From Candidatus Rokuibacteriota bacterium (GTDB taxonomy: Bacteria; Methylomirabilota; Methylomirabilia; Rokubacteriales; CSP1-6), in contig JACQWC010000013.1 of the NCBI GenBank assembly GCA_016209635.1, forward strand, positions 12,680-76,679: 64,000 bases of DNA. Direction: 5' to 3'. This document shows, one piece after another, positions 52,952-60,944 of this stretch (positions within the stretch are counted from its first letter, which is position 1; each line of letters starts with the position of its first letter). The notes beneath the pieces were generated by a model. It saw only the letters and a program-made list of their open reading frames with translations, had not been told where the DNA came from and did no database searches. The position numbers and the translations under genes are program-made.

Positions 52952-53149
52952 GTGTTGACGACAGCCCAGGCGATGCCGATGCAGGCAGTCATCGAGAACG
53001 CGCTCGAACTCTATCGGCGACAGCGGTTCCTCGAAGAAACGAATCGGGCGTTCGAAGCCCTCCGTGCCGACACAGAAGCGTGGCGCGCCGAGGAGGAAGA
53101 ACGTGGAGCCTGGGACACAGCACTGTCGGACGGGTTGGCTGAGCCGTAA
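52952..53149 (+). CDS. Antitoxin-like protein upstream of MazF (appears N-terminally truncated RHH)
   Basis: 65 aa from a GTG. It aligns by eye with the C-terminal two-thirds of the RHH protein at 52190-52450 but lacks the beta-strand/helix-1 part. It ends 3 nt before mazF. Confidence 0.55.
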   Translation: MLTTAQAMPMQAVIENALELYRRQRFLEETNRAFEALRADTEAWRAEEEERGAWDTALSDGLAEP

Positions 53150-53152
53150 GCC

Positions 53153-53494
53153 ATGGCAGAACCCGACCGCGGAGAGGTCTGGCTCGTGGACCTGAATCCG
53201 GTGCGAGGCCACGAGCCGGCCGGCGTCAGGCCCGGGCTCGTGATCTCGGTCGATCCCTTTAACCACGGTCCGGCCGGACTCGTGGTGCTGCTGCCCCTGA
53301 CGATGGTCGCGAAAGGGATCCCCCTTCACGTCGAGGTGAACCCCCCCGAGGGAGGTGTGAGGACGACCAGCTTCGTCAAGTGCGATGACATTCGCTCCGT
53401 CGCCAAGGAGCGCCTGTCCCATCGCTGGGGAAAGGTCTCGACGGCGACGCTCGCGGCCGTCGAGGACCGGCTCAGGATCCTTATGGGCCTGTAA
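53153..53494 (+). CDS. mazF: MazF/PemK family endoribonuclease toxin
   Basis: 113 aa. RGEVWLVDLNPVRGHEPAGVRPGLVIS...LLPLT is the hallmark MazF/PemK N-terminal pattern. Confidence 0.9.
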   Translation: MAEPDRGEVWLVDLNPVRGHEPAGVRPGLVISVDPFNHGPAGLVVLLPLTMVAKGIPLHVEVNPPEGGVRTTSFVKCDDIRSVAKERLSHRWGKVSTATLAAVEDRLRILMGL

Positions 53495-53498
53495 GCCC

Positions 53499-53552
53499 CA
53501 TCAGCCGACCATCGCGGGAATCGATGCCCTCGTCCAGACCGGTCTTGCTCCA
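53499..53552 (+). repeat. Internal fragment of an RHH gene duplicated from (or related to) 52229-52282
   Basis: It encodes HQPTIAGIDALVQTGLAP, against HQPTIAGIDVLVQTGLAP in the intact gene. Only a handful of nucleotide differences over 54 nt, with no start codon or complete ORF. Confidence 0.6.
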
Positions 53553-53605
53553 ACACAGAACGAGGCCGCCGTCACCCCATGACCTCCTGTCTCCGATCAG
53601 CGACG

Positions 53606-53635
53606 GTGACCCGGTGCCCGCCGGGGTGGTACGCT
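53606..53635 (+). promoter_or_regulatory. Candidate promoter (GTGACC-18 nt-TACGCT) upstream of coiled-coil paralogue 2
   Basis: Conserved counterpart of 48021-48049. Confidence 0.3.
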
Positions 53636-53655
53636 CGGAGCGCCCGAGGAGGACC

Positions 53656-54051
53656 ATGGTTGAGCCGGGCCGCGAGGACGTCACGCTGAACACCCTGCAC
53701 GAGGATTTGACCGCGGGCTTCCGGGAGACGCGGGTGGAAATGCGCGCGGGTTTCGCCGACCTCAAGGCGACGCTGGTCGCGGGCTTCCGGGGCCTGCCGA
53801 GTCGCGAGTCGAGCGAGGAGATGGTGCGCCTGCTCCGCGAGGGAAACCGGCTGCAGGAGGCGCGGTTCGCGCAGCTCGACCTCCGCATCCGCGAGCAGCA
53901 CCTGGAAACCCAGCAGATCCTCCACGCCGTGGCCGAGGGCCAGCGCGCCCTGGTCAGCGAGGTCAGGACCCTCTCCGCGGACATCAAGGCCCTGATCGCC
54001 CGCCTCGACGCAATGATCAAGGGGCGGGGCGACGGGAGCCCTGCCCCGTAG
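53656..54051 (+). CDS. Coiled-coil repeat protein of unknown function (paralogue 2)
   Basis: ATG 53656 preceded by GAGGAGGA. 131 aa, collinear with 48070-48549 except for two 14-codon indels. Confidence 0.6.
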   Translation: MVEPGREDVTLNTLHEDLTAGFRETRVEMRAGFADLKATLVAGFRGLPSRESSEEMVRLLREGNRLQEARFAQLDLRIREQHLETQQILHAVAEGQRALVSEVRTLSADIKALIARLDAMIKGRGDGSPAP

Positions 54052-54226
54052 GCTTCAAGCCTGCGCCCGCCTGGCCCGGCTCCCCTGAGGGGACCCGGAC
54101 CGCGAGGCGCGCTTCCGTGTGGGCGACCTTGGCCTCTTTGAATCGACCGCTTTCCTGCGATAGAGTTCCCGCGGCGGTCCTCAACCCGAGCGCCGGGGAT
54201 CGCATCGGAGCGTCCGGAGGGGACAT

Positions 54227-54880
54227 GTGAGCTTTGTCAATGAAGGTCGATCGCCGGTCCGGCCGGGCGAGCCCGCGCCGGACTTCACCCTGGCCGCCGC
54301 GCACGCGACCGGCACGGTCTCGCTCGCGGACTACCGCGGCCAGCGTCCGGTCCTGCTCGTGCTCCTCCGGGGGCTCTACTGACCCTTCTGCCGGCGACAC
54401 GTCGTGTCGCTCGGGGTCACGGCGGAGAAGCTCCAGCGGGTGGGCGTCGCGACGCTCGCGGTCGTCGCGACCGCTGCGGACCGGGCGCGCCTCTTCTTCC
54501 GGTTCCGCCCGCCGCGGGTCCCGGTTGGCGCCGACCCCGATCTCACGACCCATCGGGCCTATGGACTGCCGAACATGGAGCCGAGCCAGGAGCTTTGGGC
54601 CGCGATCCAGAACGTCGCGTCGACTCTCTCCCGCGAGCTGAACCTGGGCGTCCCGCCGGACGAGGCGTATGCGGCCATCGACCGGCTCGACGGCTACAAG
54701 AAGGACCAGAGCGACACCGCGGATCTCGAGCGGCATCGCGCGCAGGGCACCGGCCAGTTCCTCGTGGATGCGAGCGGGACAGTCCGCTGGGCGAACATCG
54801 AGTGCGCGCGCGAGGGGCTGGCGGGCGTCGACAAGTTCCCTGCGGACGAGGAGCTGCTGGCGGCGGCCCGCGCGCTCTGA
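54227..54880 (+). CDS. Peroxiredoxin-like (AhpC/TSA-redoxin, thioredoxin fold) protein with in-frame TGA at the CxxC position: candidate selenoprotein (U-P-F-C)
   Basis: GTG 54227 after GGAGGGG. The frame reads ...PAPDFTL...VSLADYRGQRPVLLVLLRGLY-TGA(54380)-PFCRRHVVSL... and continues in the same frame as ORF 54404-54880. The paralogue at 58622-59266 has the same TGA. Confidence 0.65.
54393..54411 (+). promoter_or_regulatory. SECIS-like hairpin 10 nt downstream of the in-frame TGA
   Basis: GGCGACAC-GUC-GUGUCGCU: 7 Watson-Crick pairs plus a G-U, with a G-first apical loop 19 nt after UGA. The 23 nt around it are identical in the paralogue, while flanking synonymous sites differ. Confidence 0.5.
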
Positions 54881-54932
54881 GGGTGCGGCCCGCGCGGCCG
54901 CGCTAGTGACGGCCAGGAGAGATGCTTATGGG

Positions 54933-55109
54933 GAGAGGAACGGTATACCCGTGGCCCGCATCGTTCCGATCCTGACCGACCGGCTGCCGTCGCTCAACGA
55001 AGCGCTGGCCGCGTGGCGCGCGGCGGGAGAACCCGACGCGGCATTCGCCGACGATCTCGAGCGGATCGGTGCCGCCGACCGGCCGCCGGCCAATCCGTGG
55101 GCGTCGTAA
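54933..55109 (+). pseudogene. 5'-truncated antitoxin gene (homologous to the 3' part of 48860-49116)
   Basis: ERNGIPVARIVPILTDRLPSLNEALAAWRAAGEPDAAFADDLERIGAADRPPANPWAS-stop parallels [53 protein letters not shown]. The N-terminal half is absent. Confidence 0.5.
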
Positions 55110-55264
55110 TCGACACGAGCGCACTCGTCGCCGCCGAGCGCGTCGGCGCCGTCTGGGATGACTCCCTCGCAGCAACCGGCGGCGAGAGTGTCGTGAGGGG
55201 CCCGCGCGATGAGGCGCATTTCCGACAGGTGCCTGACCTCAGGGTCGAGACCTTGCGGGCATAA
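55097..55264 (+). pseudogene. VapC (PIN-domain) remnant with internal deletion
   Basis: VGVVIDTSALVAAER... is followed directly by ...DEAHFRQVPDLRVETLRA-stop. At 55 codons it is too short for a PIN domain. It is the counterpart of 49113-49297. Confidence 0.5.
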
Positions 55265-55273
55265 GTAGATGCA

Positions 55274-58200
55274 CTAGCCGAGGAACGGCAGCACGACCAG
55301 CGAATCGGGCTCGAGCCCCGCGCGCTCGCAGACCTCCTGCGCCTTGAGCATGTAGGCCTCCGCCCGCGCCTCGTCGCCCAGATCGAGGTGGAGCGTCGCG
55401 AGCCCGTCGTAGCAGGGGAACAGGAGCTGAGGCTCGCCCATCCGCTCGGCCAGGGCCAGGGCCTCACCGTAGTAGCCGAGCGCCCGCTCCGTCTCGCCCT
55501 CGCACTGATAGATCTGGCCGAGGACGATCAGCGGCACCGCGAGGTGGTCGAGCTGACCGAGCTGCCGATCCAGGTCGATGGCCTGGAGCGCCGCCTGGAT
55601 GCCCTCCTCCTCGCACCGGTCGGTGAGCGCACAGTAGGCGACGGCCAGGTTCGCGTAGAGCCATGACTGGAACCCGAGGTCCCCAATCTTCCGGGCGGTC
55701 TCGAGGCCGGTGAGGCAGGTGTCGATCCCCTTCCGCGGATCGACCTGGCTGTGGAGGACGCCGAGGTTCGTGTAGGCCCGGCAGGCGACGCGGAGGAGGT
55801 CGTGCGCGCGGGCGACCTCGACGCTGCGCTCGATCTCGCTGATGGCCCGCTCGCGCTCGCCGAGGCGCGCCCAGGCGACGCCGAGGGTGTTGCGCGACTG
55901 GGCGATGACGGCCGCGGCCTCGGCACCGACCGCCTCCGGGCCCTCCCCTCCCGCCCTGTCGAGGGCGTGCTGCGCCAGCGTGAGGGCCTGCTCCGCCCAC
56001 TCGATGGCCCGGGGGTTGTCGCCGCTGCGAAACGCGAGCCGTCCCATCTCCTGGAACAGGTGGGCGCGCTCGATGTCGTGAGTGCCGGGGGCCAGGACCT
56101 CGAGCCCGCGCTGGAAGGCCTCGAGCGCCCGCTGCCGCTCGCTCGCGTCCCAGAGGAGGCCCCCGACCTTCCGGTGCATCCGCCCCTGGATCTCCGCGTC
56201 GCCCAGCTCCTCGGCGCGCGCCAGCACCGCCTCGTAGTGCTCGAGCGCCGCGCCGCGCTGCCCGGTCAGCGCGAGCAGGTCGCCGAGGCGCTCCCTGACC
56301 TCGAGCTCTTCACGCTCGTACCCGGCGCACCCGGCGATCGTCTGGAAGGCGAGCGCATAGTGCCGGAGGGCGTCGTCGTTGGCGTAGACCACCCGGGCCC
56401 GGTCGCCGGCCAGGAGGAGGTAGCGGACGCCGCGCGGGCGATCACCGCTCAGGCTGAAGTGGTGCGCGAGCGCCTCGATCTCCTCCAGCCGGTGAGGGCG
56501 CCCGCCACAGAGCACCTCGAGCCCCTCGCCGGCCCGGCGGTGGAGCTCCGCGCGCCGGCTGAGGAGCACGTTCCCGTAGACGACCTCCTGGATCAGCGAG
56601 TGAACGAAGCGATACCTCGGCTCGCCGCTCTCGGCGCGCGCCCGAGGGACCTCCTCGACCAGCTCGACCTCCTGCAGCAGGTCGAGCGCCGAGTCGAGGG
56701 CGTCACCGATATCGGAGACGATCCGCAAGAGCGCGAGGTCGAAGGTGTCGCCGAGGACCGCGGCGTCCTGGAGCACGCGCCGGGCGGGCCGCGGGACGCG
56801 GTCGATGCGTGAGAGGAGGAGCGCCTCGATGGTTCGCGGCACGTCGACGACCGCGTCGCCCTGGGCGCACGCCCAGCCCTCGCCCTCGCGCCGGAGCACG
56901 CCGCCGGCGATCAGCTCGCGGACGATCTCCTCCAGGTAGAGCGGGTTCCCGCCGGCGCGCTCGACGACGAGGTCCCGCAGCCGGTCCGGGATCCGCGGCA
57001 ACGAAGCGTGGAAGAACGCCCCGAGGATCCGCGCGGCCTCCGACCGGCCGAGGGGCGCGAGCCGGATGATCGTGCTCGTCACGCGGGCCGTGACGAGCCC
57101 CTGCGCCTCGAAGCCCGGCCGGTGCGTGACGAGCACCATGAGCGGCCGGGCGGCGAGCCGGTCGGCGGCGAACCGGAGCAGCTCGACCGAGGCCGCGTCG
57201 GCCCAGTGGAGATCCTCCACCAGGAGCAAGAGCGGCCCCTGCTCGAGCCGCCGCTCGAGGAGCCGCCGCGCCGCGAGGAAGATCTGGCGCTTGAGCTGCT
57301 CAGGCTCGACGTGGCGCACGGCCTCCTCGGAGGCGAACCCCTGGACCCAGGCCAGGATCGGGGTGATCGCGGAAGCCTCGGCCTCGCCGATCCCGATCTC
57401 GCGGACGCCGGCGACGACCCGGTCGGCCGCCGCCGCCGGCGTGTCCTCCCCCGTGATGCCGAAGGCCTGCCGGAGGAACGCGGCGAAGACGCCGTAGGTC
57501 TGCTCGCCGAGCGCGCTGCACACGGCGCGCCGTACGGTGACGTCCCGCAGCCGGCCCTCCGCCTCGAGGCCGCCGAGGAACTCGGCCAGGAGGCGGGACT
57601 TGCCGACGCCGGCCTCGCCAACCAGGCTGACGACCTGGGCCGAGCCGGCGAGCATCCGCTCGAAAGCGGCGTGCAGCTGGCCGAGCTCCTCGTCGCGCCC
57701 GACCAGCGGCGCCACGAGCCCATGCGCCTCGAGGCCGCGGAGCGGCTGGGGCGCTTCCAGCGCGGACAGCAAGCGGTAGGTCGGCACCGGCTCGCGCTTG
57801 CCCTTGACCGTGAGGGCCTCGGCGGGGTCGAAGCCGAAGGCATGCTCGGTCAACCGGTGCGTGCTCGCGGCCACCAGCGTCTCGCCTGCCGCCGCCGCGG
57901 AGAGGAGCCGGGCGGCGGTGTTGACGGTGTCGCCCGTCACCGCATACGCCGCGCTTGCCGCCGCCCCCAGGGTGCCGGCGACGACCGGCCCGGTGTTGAC
58001 GCCGACGTGCAGCGCCACCGGCGACCCGAAGCAGGGCTCCCACCGCGCGGCGAGCGGCCGCATCTGCGCGTGCATCGCGAGCGCGGCATGGAGCGCGCGC
58101 TCCGGGTCGTCCTCATGCGCGCTCGGCGCGCCGAACACGGCCATGACCGCGTCGCCGACGAACTTCTCGACGAACCCCTCGTACCGCTCGACGACGCCCG

Positions 58201-58543
58201 CCAGAGTCGCGAAGAGGTCGCTCTGGAATGCGCGGACGTCCTCCGGATCGAGCCGCTCGCTCAGCGCGGTGAATCCGGAGAGATCGGCGAAGAGCACGGT
58301 GACAGCGCGGCGGTCGGTGTCCGGACGGGCCTCGCCGCGCGGGGCGGCCGCCGCCGGCGGCGGGGCCGTCGGCGCAGGGTCCGGCGACGGGCCCGCCAGT
58401 CTGGCGCCGCACTTCGGGCAGAACGCGAAGTCCGGAGCGCAGGCGGCTCCGCACCCGGGGCACAGGACGGGAAGCCGCGCGCCACACTTCGGACAGAAGG
58501 CGAAGTCCGGCGAGGCCTCGAAGCCGCAGCCCGTGCAGGTCAC
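55274..58543 (-). CDS. Multidomain signalling protein: double zinc ribbon + class III adenylate/guanylate cyclase + AAA/STAND-type ATPase + TPR repeats
   Basis: 1089 aa. CTGCG...CPKCG...CPGCG...CPKCG; cyclase block RRAVTVLFADLSGFTALSERLDPEDV...GDAVMAVFG; P-loop LVGEAGVGKSRLL; the C-terminal ~450 aa are TPR-like. GTG start. Confidence 0.9.
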   Translation of the reverse strand: MTCTGCGFEASPDFAFCPKCGARLPVLCPGCGAACAPDFAFCPKCGARLAGPSPDPAPTAPPPAAAAPRGEARPDTDRRAVTVLFADLSGFTALSERLDPEDVRAFQSDLFATLAGVVERYEGFVEKFVGDAVMAVFGAPSAHEDDPERALHAALAMHAQMRPLAARWEPCFGSPVALHVGVNTGPVVAGTLGAAASAAYAVTGDTVNTAARLLSAAAAGETLVAASTHRLTEHAFGFDPAEALTVKGKREPVPTYRLLSALEAPQPLRGLEAHGLVAPLVGRDEELGQLHAAFERMLAGSAQVVSLVGEAGVGKSRLLAEFLGGLEAEGRLRDVTVRRAVCSALGEQTYGVFAAFLRQAFGITGEDTPAAAADRVVAGVREIGIGEAEASAITPILAWVQGFASEEAVRHVEPEQLKRQIFLAARRLLERRLEQGPLLLLVEDLHWADAASVELLRFAADRLAARPLMVLVTHRPGFEAQGLVTARVTSTIIRLAPLGRSEAARILGAFFHASLPRIPDRLRDLVVERAGGNPLYLEEIVRELIAGGVLRREGEGWACAQGDAVVDVPRTIEALLLSRIDRVPRPARRVLQDAAVLGDTFDLALLRIVSDIGDALDSALDLLQEVELVEEVPRARAESGEPRYRFVHSLIQEVVYGNVLLSRRAELHRRAGEGLEVLCGGRPHRLEEIEALAHHFSLSGDRPRGVRYLLLAGDRARVVYANDDALRHYALAFQTIAGCAGYEREELEVRERLGDLLALTGQRGAALEHYEAVLARAEELGDAEIQGRMHRKVGGLLWDASERQRALEAFQRGLEVLAPGTHDIERAHLFQEMGRLAFRSGDNPRAIEWAEQALTLAQHALDRAGGEGPEAVGAEAAAVIAQSRNTLGVAWARLGERERAISEIERSVEVARAHDLLRVACRAYTNLGVLHSQVDPRKGIDTCLTGLETARKIGDLGFQSWLYANLAVAYCALTDRCEEEGIQAALQAIDLDRQLGQLDHLAVPLIVLGQIYQCEGETERALGYYGEALALAERMGEPQLLFPCYDGLATLHLDLGDEARAEAYMLKAQEVCERAGLEPDSLVVLPFLG

Positions 58544-58621
58544 GTGAGTACTTTACGCCATCTCTGCGGTATGATCCCAGCGTCGCCCGGTGAGTGCGGT
58601 GGCGAAAGGAGGACCATCCAC

Positions 58622-59266
58622 GTGACTTCCCCCGACGGACGCCAGTCGCCCGTTCAGCCAGGAGAGCCGGCGCCGGACTTCGTCCTGCCGGCCGCGCACG
58701 CCGAGGGCACGGTTTCGCTGTCCGGGTACCGAGGGCGCCGCCCGGTCCTCGTGGCCCTCTTCCGCGGCCTCTACTGACCGTTCTGTCGGCGACACGTCGT
58801 GTCGCTCGGCAGCACGGCGGACAAGCTCCAGCGCGAGGGCGTGGAGACCCTGGCGGTCGTGGCGACGGCGCCCAGCCGCGCACGCCTCTACTTCCGCTTC
58901 CGCCCCTCGAGGATCCCGGTCGGCGCCGATCCCGAACTGGTCACCCACCGCGCCTACGGCCTGTCGAGCGGTCCCCTGACGCCCGAGGTGAGGGAAGCCA
59001 TCGAGGCCGCCGCGCAGCGGCTGGCCGGCGAGCTGAAGTTGCAGATACGCCCCGACGGAGCCCTCCAGGCGATCGCAGGGCTGGACGGCTGGCAGGTCGA
59101 TGCCAGTGACGGGGACGCGAGCCACGCCCAGCTGATCGGACAATTCCTGGTGGACGGAGACGGCATCGTCCGCTGGGCCAACGTCGAGTGCGCGCGGGAC
59201 GGGCTCGCCGGCATCGCCGGCTTCCCGACCGACGAGGACCTCCTGGCCGCGGCGCGATCGCTCTGA
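58622..59266 (+). CDS. Peroxiredoxin-like protein with in-frame TGA at the CxxC position: candidate selenoprotein (paralogue 2)
   Basis: GTG 58622, 8 nt after AAGGAGGA. The frame reads ...PAPDFVL...VSLSGYRGRRPVLVALFRGLY-TGA(58775)-PFCRRHVVSL... and continues in frame with ORF 58799-59266. Confidence 0.65.
58788..58806 (+). promoter_or_regulatory. SECIS-like hairpin downstream of the in-frame TGA (paralogue 2)
   Basis: Same GGCGACAC-GUC-GUGUCGCU hairpin at the same offset from the TGA as at 54393-54411. Confidence 0.5.
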
Positions 59267-59600
59267 GACACCCGCACCGGCGCCCTTCCTCGAGCGCCCG
59301 CCGACGAGCACCGTTCTGTTACAACGAACACATGGGCACGACGGTCCGGAACCTGGACGAGACATGCTCGCGTCGCCCTCCGGCGCCGTCTGGCCGGCCG
59401 ACTGTGAACGAGCAGTTTGAAACCGCCTGGCGCCTGCACCTCTTCCTGACCGCGCGGCCTCACGGAGCCCGGGACATGCCTACGGCCCGAATCTCGCCCC
59501 CGCGGGAAATCCATGGCTTTCGGAAGCGCTTCCCGGCAAGCTCAGCCGAGGGCACCGGCGCTGTGAGGCGTGGATCCTGCGTCGTCACGCCTGTCAGCGG

Positions 59601-60023
59601 TCAAGCGGGCAGGAGCGCGAACCCCTCGCGGCTAGCGGCATCCCGGAGGCGTTCGTCCACGCACACGAACGTCTCGCCCACGGGCGTATCCTCGCACCAC
59701 ACGAGGGCGGCCGCGAGCTGGAGAGCGTCCCCGGCGCGGAGCGGATGGGCGGCGAGCAAGCGCCCGGCGCGCTCGCGGAGCCGAAGGGTGGGCGCGACGA
59801 CGTCCGCGTCCTCGACGAGGCCGGCGAGGCGGTGCAGAGCCTGCTCGAGCGACCGCGCCGGCAGCCGCACTTCACGGTGCCGGCGGTACAGTGCCGACTG
59901 GCATTCCAGCGGGCTTCCCCACCAGAGCGCCCGAGTCGCATCGGCGCGGAGCGCGGTAACCAGGATGTCGGACTGAGGGGCGGACAAAAGGGTCGGGACG
60001 AGCGCGGAACTGTCCCAGAACAT
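59601..60023 (-). CDS. vapC: PIN-domain toxin (VapC family)
   Basis: 140 aa. MFWDSSALV N-terminus with the first acidic residue, PIN-sized. ATG overlaps the antitoxin stop by 1 nt. Confidence 0.8.
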   Translation of the reverse strand: MFWDSSALVPTLLSAPQSDILVTALRADATRALWWGSPLECQSALYRRHREVRLPARSLEQALHRLAGLVEDADVVAPTLRLRERAGRLLAAHPLRAGDALQLAAALVWCEDTPVGETFVCVDERLRDAASREGFALLPA

Positions 60024-60313
60024 CAGCGCCCTTCCGCACGCTCCTCCAGCAGGGCGCGCAGGACGCCAGAGCCCACCGCCGGCCCCCGGGGCGGTCGGCG
60101 CAGGAACGGCCGGAGTCGTCCGGTGCCCAGAGCGAGCAGCCCAGCGCGAGCCAGGCGCTCACGGCGCGAGGCGACCCCCTCCGCGCCGCGCAGCCCCACG
60201 AGCTTGGCGACCGGCCGCCCGCGGTCGGTGATGAGAACGTCTTGACCGTGCCGGGCGGCCGCCAGATAGCGGCTGAGCTGTGCCTTGAGCCGGGCGACGC
60301 CCACCTGGGTCAT
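60023..60313 (-). CDS. Phd/YefM-type antitoxin
   Basis: Start at ATG 60313 (MTQVGVARLKAQLSRYLAAARHGQDVLITDRGRPVAKLV), the typical Phd/YefM N-domain. Confidence 0.8.
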   Translation of the reverse strand: MTQVGVARLKAQLSRYLAAARHGQDVLITDRGRPVAKLVGLRGAEGVASRRERLARAGLLALGTGRLRPFLRRPPRGPAVGSGVLRALLEERAEGR

Positions 60314-60944
60314 GTGACCATCATGGTCACTTCGCCGCCTGGTGTCAACGACTCCAGTTGGATACAGCATCACGCCGGGACGTAGGACCTCGGGACGGCG
60401 TCAGGTCACTTGAGGACGGACGAACTCCACGATCGCACGGCAGGTGGAGGGCCTCGCGGTCGTACCTGCCTGAGAATGGAACCGCAGATGTCGTTCCGAA
60501 CATCAGAGAGTAAGAAACTCAATGAGTTACAAACGTGATCTTGAGACGAGCGTCCAAGCTTTGGTGTGGGCACGGGTGCTGGCGGCGCAGCAGGGAACCT
60601 CCGTGAGCCGTCTTCATCGGGAGCGAGGATTTCATCTGGGGGAAAGATCCACGGCAGCCGGGAAGAGTGGCGAAACCCCGCTCGTGCGAGATCCTCGCCT
60701 GACAAGTCCAGATACGCGAGACCTCTTCGGCGTGTTCTCCGCTGGACTCACCCGCCAGCGCTGAGGAGAGGCCGACGTCCGACCCGGCGGCGCGTCACGG
60801 GTGAATCACCCCATCTCCCCCCTTGGGAAGCCTGTCGCCGCCGGGTCCGGCGGGCGGGATCGGGTAGAGGGGGCGAGTCGATGCTTGACCGGGATCTCAC
60901 CTGCGATGTATGTTGCGATGTATACGGAGGCCGTCCTGGCGAAG

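Noticed and set aside
54380-54382. Reading the in-frame TGA as a genuine stop, making the Prx-like genes split or pseudogenes
   Set aside because: The TGA is at the catalytic Cys column, and both flanks stay in one frame with family-typical sequence. The same holds in a diverged paralogue, and an identical hairpin follows. It remains unproven without the Sec machinery.
58571-58621. In-frame ATG 58571 as an alternative start of the second Prx-like gene
   Set aside because: The strong AAGGAGGA lies 8 nt before GTG 58622, and paralogue 1 starts at the equivalent GTG.
57008-58777. 589-aa plus-strand ORF
   Set aside because: Antisense to the cyclase/ATPase/TPR gene over most of its length. Only its last ~50 codons (from GTG 58622) are real coding sequence, namely the N-terminus of the Prx-like selenoprotein candidate.
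60406-60764. ORFs 60406-60705 (minus) and 60522-60764 (plus; weak RHH-like ...AAQQGTSVSRL)
   Set aside because: Poor third-position GC in both frames by hand count and no clear start. Possibly another antitoxin relic, but the evidence is insufficient.
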